64,000 nt of DNA from Rebecca billardiae RCC1528 (lineage: Eukaryota > Protista > Haptophyta), in the NCBI GenBank assembly GCA_965240325.2, contig OZ251224.1:1302001-1366000 (forward strand), in the 5' to 3' direction. The position numbers and the translations under genes are program-made. The notes below the pieces were generated by a model. That model saw only the letters and a list, made by a program, of their open reading frames with translations. It did no database searches and was not told the DNA's origin. How positions within the stretch are numbered: the stretch's first letter is position 1; each line of letters starts with the position of its first letter. Below, piece by piece: positions 58,599 to 64,000 of this stretch.

Positions 58599-59735
58599 AT
58601 GGCAAGCAGCACATCGACAGGCGACGCCGACCAGGACTTCGTTCTCCGCGTATTGAACGCGCTGCTCGACTCGGGGACAGTGACGAGGGTGGGCAAAAAC
58701 ACGCTGCAGAGCACCGCTGCCGCCATCTCCGTCGCCAGGCACAAGCAGACCATCACCGGAGCCGCGAGCGAGTACCGCGTGTCGATTCATGCGATCAAGA
58801 CGCTCCTCGGCCAGGTTCGCAACGTGCTGGAGGCGGAGGGCGCACTCGGCAGCGGCGGCGCGGCGCGGTTGATCACCGACTTCACCACGCGCCCCGCAGG
58901 CCAGGCCCCTCCCTCCTCCTCACCCGGCCCAACAGCTGGCAGCCGCTTCACGGCACTCGCCGCGCTCGACGGGGAAATGCCCGCTGCAGAGCAAGCGTCA
59001 CAGCCGCAGCGGGGGCGCCCGGCCGGCTCGCTCAGCCTGCTGGGCACGCTCAACCTAGGCGTCACGTGCTACCTCGGCTCGCTGCTGGCGGCGCTGCTCG
59101 CGTGCCCTTTCATCGTCTCGCTCGCCACATCTGCCGCGGCTGAGCAGTCCACCAACCCCATCGTGTCCAGCATGCGCTCGCTGGCGCTCGCGCATGTCAA
59201 CTGCGAGTGGCCCAACGAGGTGGGGCCGACGCGCAGCTTGCTCGAGCCGCTCCACGACGCGATCGCGGAGGTCTGTCGGTGGACAACGGCGTTTGGGCAG
59301 CAGCAGCAGGACGCGTGCGAGGTGCTGTACAAAATCGTGGAGGCCCTGGCTGGCTGCGACGAGGCGTGCTCATACCTTGGCTTGCTCGAGTGCCTCGGTC
59401 AGCTGGCGAGCGAGCAGCCCTCGCAGCAGCAGCGCGTGCCGACGCCGACGATCTCGCAGCAGCAGCGCGTGCCGACGATCTCAGTCGGCCATGACTTCGA
59501 CTGTACACAATCGGCGCCGCGCCGGCGGCTGCGATGGGCCCGCCCGGCCGCGCGGCGGGCGGCGGCGCGCCGCTGGAGTCTACTCGCTGCCGGCCCCGGG
59601 CTCGCGGCCGGGCGGGCCAACTCTCGATCGCGACGGAGGGTGCGACGGAGGGTGCACCGCCACCGCGGGCCCCGAACTACGTTTGTTCTACGGAAAAGGA
59701 CCGCGGAACGCGGTCATATACAGTCAATTACATAA
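58599..59735 (+). pseudogene. Truncated USP (peptidase C19)-like fragment
   Basis: LNLGVTCYLGSLLAAL (Cys box) and QQQDACE (QQD box); no His box; tail degenerates into low complexity. Confidence 0.55.
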
Positions 59736-60115
59736 ACAACTGTGTGACACATAGTACTTCTACTGTAACTGAGCAGTTACTGTACTTAGGCGTCTTAGCG
59801 GTCTTATTGCTCAGACTGTCCGAGACTGACCGAGTGAAACGAACGAAGTCGAAGCTGACAGTACGATGCCTATAATGGCACGATGACAGCGCGATATATA
59901 TATCTAGACAGCATCAGCCAGGCCGGCGCCCCGCGTCAGCCGCCGGCAGCCGTGGGCGTGGCAGTGCCGAGCGCTCACAATGAGTCACAATCAGTGAATC
60001 ACCGGTATCGGACTGCCGTTCAGCCGCTGAATGTGAGGCTGGTGAGTGGTGGCCGATAACTCCGACCATGTCACGGGGCAGTGGCTGTAACCTGCAACGG
60101 CAAAGAACATGGTGC

Positions 60116-60601
60116 TCATACCTTCTCAAAGAGTGGCCATGCCTCTGCCGGGACGAAGCCCTTGAAGCAGGTCTGTAGCCACATTTCGCACGCCGCGGGG
60201 TGGGACGGGGTGGGGGTGGTGCATGTGAGACGAATTGCGAGTGGGTGGGGCTGCACGAAGCGAGCGCTGTGCTGCCGCGGCCGGTCACCTTGAAGACGAA
60301 GAACTTCATGTTCGTCGGCAAACAGCACAATGGTGCCGTCAAATTTGGTGGTAGCGCCTGCGCCACGCGAGAGGGGACGTGGAACACCAACGTCACAGCG
60401 GGAAAGCACACGCAGGCGCGCGCGGCGGGGCAAGCGCAAACGCACGTCCAGTGCTGCCTGCTTCAGCCCGTCCAGCGAGGCGTCCCAAAGCTCGTCCACG
60501 TCCTCGGCAAACTCGGCGATATCCTCGCCTACCTCACCGAGGGCTTGCTTAGCGGCCAGCTTGGCCAACTCCTTCTGGATCATACTCGAGCACGCACCCA
60601 T
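60116..60601 (-). CDS. Small (~93 aa) putatively N-acylated protein; introns 60445-60358 and 60288-60173
   Basis: MGACSS N-terminus; phase-0 GT-AG introns give ...ALD-ALPPNLTAPLCCLPTNMKFFVFK-TCFKGFVPAEAWPLFEKV*. Confidence 0.55.
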   Translation of the reverse strand: MGACSSMIQKELAKLAAKQALGEVGEDIAEFAEDVDELWDASLDGLKQAALDVRLRLPRRARLRVLSRCDVGVPRPLSRGAGATTKFDGTIVLFADEHEVLRLQGDRPRQHSARFVQPHPLAIRLTCTTPTPSHPAACEMWLQTCFKGFVPAEAWPLFEKV

Positions 60602-60883
60602 GGCTGCTAGACCTGCTGGTCCAGAAGGTTCAGTCGCGGAGGGGCATCCGAGTGGGCGCGCGATTCAATGGCATGGCACATGAGCTTGCACGCGACGATG
60701 AATAGCGCACAGCCGCTCGCCCATTGGCACGACTGCCGCACCCTCCCGCGCGCGACACGCACCTTGCTCAGGACAGTGGGCCGACGCGACCAAGATTCGG
60801 AGTGGCTCTCGGGTTCTGCTGCGGCAACGTCCCGACGCGCGCCCGTCGATTAATTCGTCGAAACGCCGAAAAGTGCACGGAGG

Positions 60884-62012
60884 CAAGGGCGGTAAGGGCT
60901 GTCAACTCCCAGTGGCGGCGGTGGCAGAGGTTGGTCGCCGCTTCGTCGCTGCGCGGCCTCGCTCCAGCGACTAACTCTCGTGGGCGCCCGCCCTGGGGGG
61001 CGAGTGGGGCGCGCACGGCGCGAGCTCCTGTGGCCGTGTACGCGCGCGCGGAGGCGGCGCGCGTGGCTGGGCAGGTGCTAAGGAGTGTATGTCGCCCTCC
61101 CACGCCGCGCGCCTTGCTCGCCGCCGCTTTCGCCGCGCCTCAGGCCAGCGCGCACGCGTGCGCCGCCTCCAGAGCCAGCCTCGGGCAATCGGCAGCCGCC
61201 CGCGCATGTGTGGTGCGCGGTCTGGTCGGCGCGAGTCGGTCGGGGCCATCGGGCGAGGCTCGCATACTATAGACGCGCGCCATGCTGCCTCGCGCCGCCG
61301 CGCATGGGCCCGGTCCCATCCCGTGAAGCTGTTGAAGGAAGCTGATCGATGAATGCACGACAAGCAGAAATGAGCTCGAATACGTGACAGTGAGCGCACA
61401 TGCGCGTGATAGGCGGCCGCATTGGGCGCGTGTACGGCGTCCTATGAGTGCATTGCCCCGCTCTTCATCGCCTGCGCGCGTCTATTGTGCTCTCCAGCGT
61501 CTCCATGAGCGTCCAAACATGAGCATTTTCGCATTCGTGCTGCAGTTCGTGTCAGACCTAAGATGCTTGCGTGTCGACCCATGACAACCCACGCGCGGCG
61601 GCGCGAGGCAGCATGGCGCGCGTCTATAGTATGCGAGCCTCGCCCGATGGCCCCGACCGACTCGCGCCGACCAGACCGCGCACCACACATGCGCGGGCGG
61701 CTGCCGATTGCCCGAGGCTGGCTCTGGAGGCGGCGCACGCGTGCGCGCTGGCCTGAGGCGCGGCGAAAGCGGCGGCGAGCAAGGCGCGCGGCGTGGGAGG
61801 GCGACATACACTCCTTAGCACCTGCCCAGCCACGCGCGCCGCCTCCGCGCGCGCGTACACGGCCACAGGAGCTCGCGCCGTGCGCGCCCCACTCGCCCCC
61901 CAGGGCGGGCGCCCACGAGAGTTAGTCGCTGGAGCGAGGCCGCGCAGCGACGAAGCGGCGACCAACCTCTGCCACCGCCGCCACTGGGAGTTGACAGCCC
62001 TTACCGCCCTTG
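60884..62012. mobile_element. Foldback non-autonomous transposon, P/Galileo-like: 425-bp TIRs, 7-bp TSD ACGGAGG
   Basis: Arms 60884-61308 and 61588-62012 are near-perfect inverted copies; TSD at 60877-60883 and 62013-62019; termini CAAGG...CCTTG. Confidence 0.88.
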
Positions 62013-62159
62013 ACGGAGGTGTGCGCGCGTATCTTATAATTCTTAGTACAGTTGTACCGGGCAAGGGCGGTTGTAAGGTAGAGTCGACGATGACGAAACG
62101 GTCGTCGGATGATGAATACTGGATTCACCGGGCGGGTAAATCGGACTCACATTGTCACG

Positions 62160-62786
62160 ATGGGCGATGCTCCTCGACCCCATGTGCGCATCATAGGCAT
62201 GAATGCCGCGATCTCTCAGGCCCAGGTGGCCGCAGCGCCGCAGCTGATCGAGCGCTTCGCAAGCATCAGCTGGGATGGTGACCGCGTGCACTCGGGCTGC
62301 TTCACGGAGGTGCTCGTACCATATCTCGAGCGGGCGCGCGCAGCGGGCACAACCGCGGAGACAGTGCGCCCGCGCTGCCTGCCCGGCTCTGACGGAGCCC
62401 ACACGCAGGCCGGTAACCTCGCGTCCGGCGCAGTCCCCCGAGCACAGCCCATCTCCAGTGCTGACTATGATGCTGCAACCACGCTGCTGACCGAGCGGCT
62501 TGGGCAGCAGTGGAGCACAGTGTACGGCGTAGAGATGCAGGGCTACATGACCCTGGCTGCAGCGCATCGCATGCTCACACGCCCTGACGCCGTGATCTGG
62601 ATATTAGACGATGCGCGTCCTCAGGAGCGCTATGGCGCCTGGGCCTGCCTTGGCGAGTACAAGGCCTTCTCCGAGGATGCTTGTCCCTACATGATCATTG
62701 GCTCAGATGGGCAGGAGTTGGCGCCTGACGAAATCGAGCGGCTGCCCTGGTTTGCCATGAGTGCGGCGGATCTGTGCTGGGCATGA
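62160..62786 (+). CDS. Hypothetical protein with a WDGD motif
   Basis: Globular-looking composition (VRIIG...SISWDGD..CFT); family not recognised. Confidence 0.5.
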   Translation: MGDAPRPHVRIIGMNAAISQAQVAAAPQLIERFASISWDGDRVHSGCFTEVLVPYLERARAAGTTAETVRPRCLPGSDGAHTQAGNLASGAVPRAQPISSADYDAATTLLTERLGQQWSTVYGVEMQGYMTLAAAHRMLTRPDAVIWILDDARPQERYGAWACLGEYKAFSEDACPYMIIGSDGQELAPDEIERLPWFAMSAADLCWA

Positions 62787-63517
62787 AGCCTTACCATACT
62801 GGCTTACTAGCGTGGGTTGGTAGGATGATCGCTGCTGCCTGAATGCCTACCACTGCTCTGTCATATACAACAGCTACTGTAGATGATGTTACGAGTCGTC
62901 ACGATTCGTGATTCGTCCGCGCCGCCGGGCCGCCGAGCGACTCTCGCTCACTCTCGGCACTCGGTGGTGGCACTGATGTGAGCTGAATAAACGTGCGGCC
63001 GTGACAACATTGTCGATTCGCCCCGCATTCGCTCGTAGTCGATTCCGTCCCGGGCGCGACGGTGCCGACGAGTCGCTTGTACGAGTAGCACGCGGTCCTT
63101 AGGTGAGTCAACAGTATACCGCGACGACGGTCACGGGTCAGCACTGACAGCAGGCGTCGACTGTCGAACTCAACGACTACTTTAACTGCGACGGTCAAAA
63201 TTTCTGACGATCGGACTGCGCACGAAGTGTCCTCCGACTCGTTATGATCATGCGTGCGCAGGTGCCTGGCGCTCAGCCTCAGCGGCCAGATCGTAGTCTC
63301 ATCAGCACAATCCATCACTTAGTACTATGTTACTATTTATAATTCGAATTCTACTGACAATGAGTAACGGCAGTATACTATTAGCGTAGAATTTTCGCTG
63401 CATCATCATCCCTGTGTCGCTGTGCCTGTGACGAAATACGAATGTCGAATCCGCGGTGCCAGCGATTATAGCGAATTCACCCCTCGTCGCTAGCTACTGG
63501 CACTCATTGTATCCGGT

Positions 63518-64000
<483 letters not shown>

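Overview
GC-rich, gene-dense eukaryotic genomic DNA with short GC-rich introns, some GC-AG. This suggests a haptophyte alga, possibly Pavlovales (inference only). About 22 protein genes are supported. Recognisable ones: RPRD1/CID protein, SelO, SIZ1-type SUMO ligase, USP7/UBP12, EXO1, TRM13, TIM10, QCR8, a small COX4-like subunit, a DHRS1-like SDR, a DUSP, a MYB factor, a GH45/expansin-like protein and a mitochondrial SRP54 M-domain protein. Genes often sit in head-to-head pairs, separated by AT-richer spacers with microsatellites. Highlights: (1) a ~5.8-kb element (~48.0-53.8 kb) with inverted termini and subterminal repeat arrays, carrying an intronless giant-virus-type AEP primase-polymerase plus a nested 1.9-kb TIR/TSD insertion; (2) SelO ends in an in-frame UGA (Sec) with a clear SECIS in its 3' UTR; (3) unusual domain architectures: MHYT + HET/TIR-like, dsRBD-with-inserted-CCCH + LOTUS + RING, and receiver + two Cys-less LOV-like PAS; (4) a 1.13-kb foldback element with 425-bp TIRs and a 7-bp TSD; (5) a perfect 114-bp palindrome inside a (TACA)n tract. 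All domain calls come from motif recognition by eye, not database searches.
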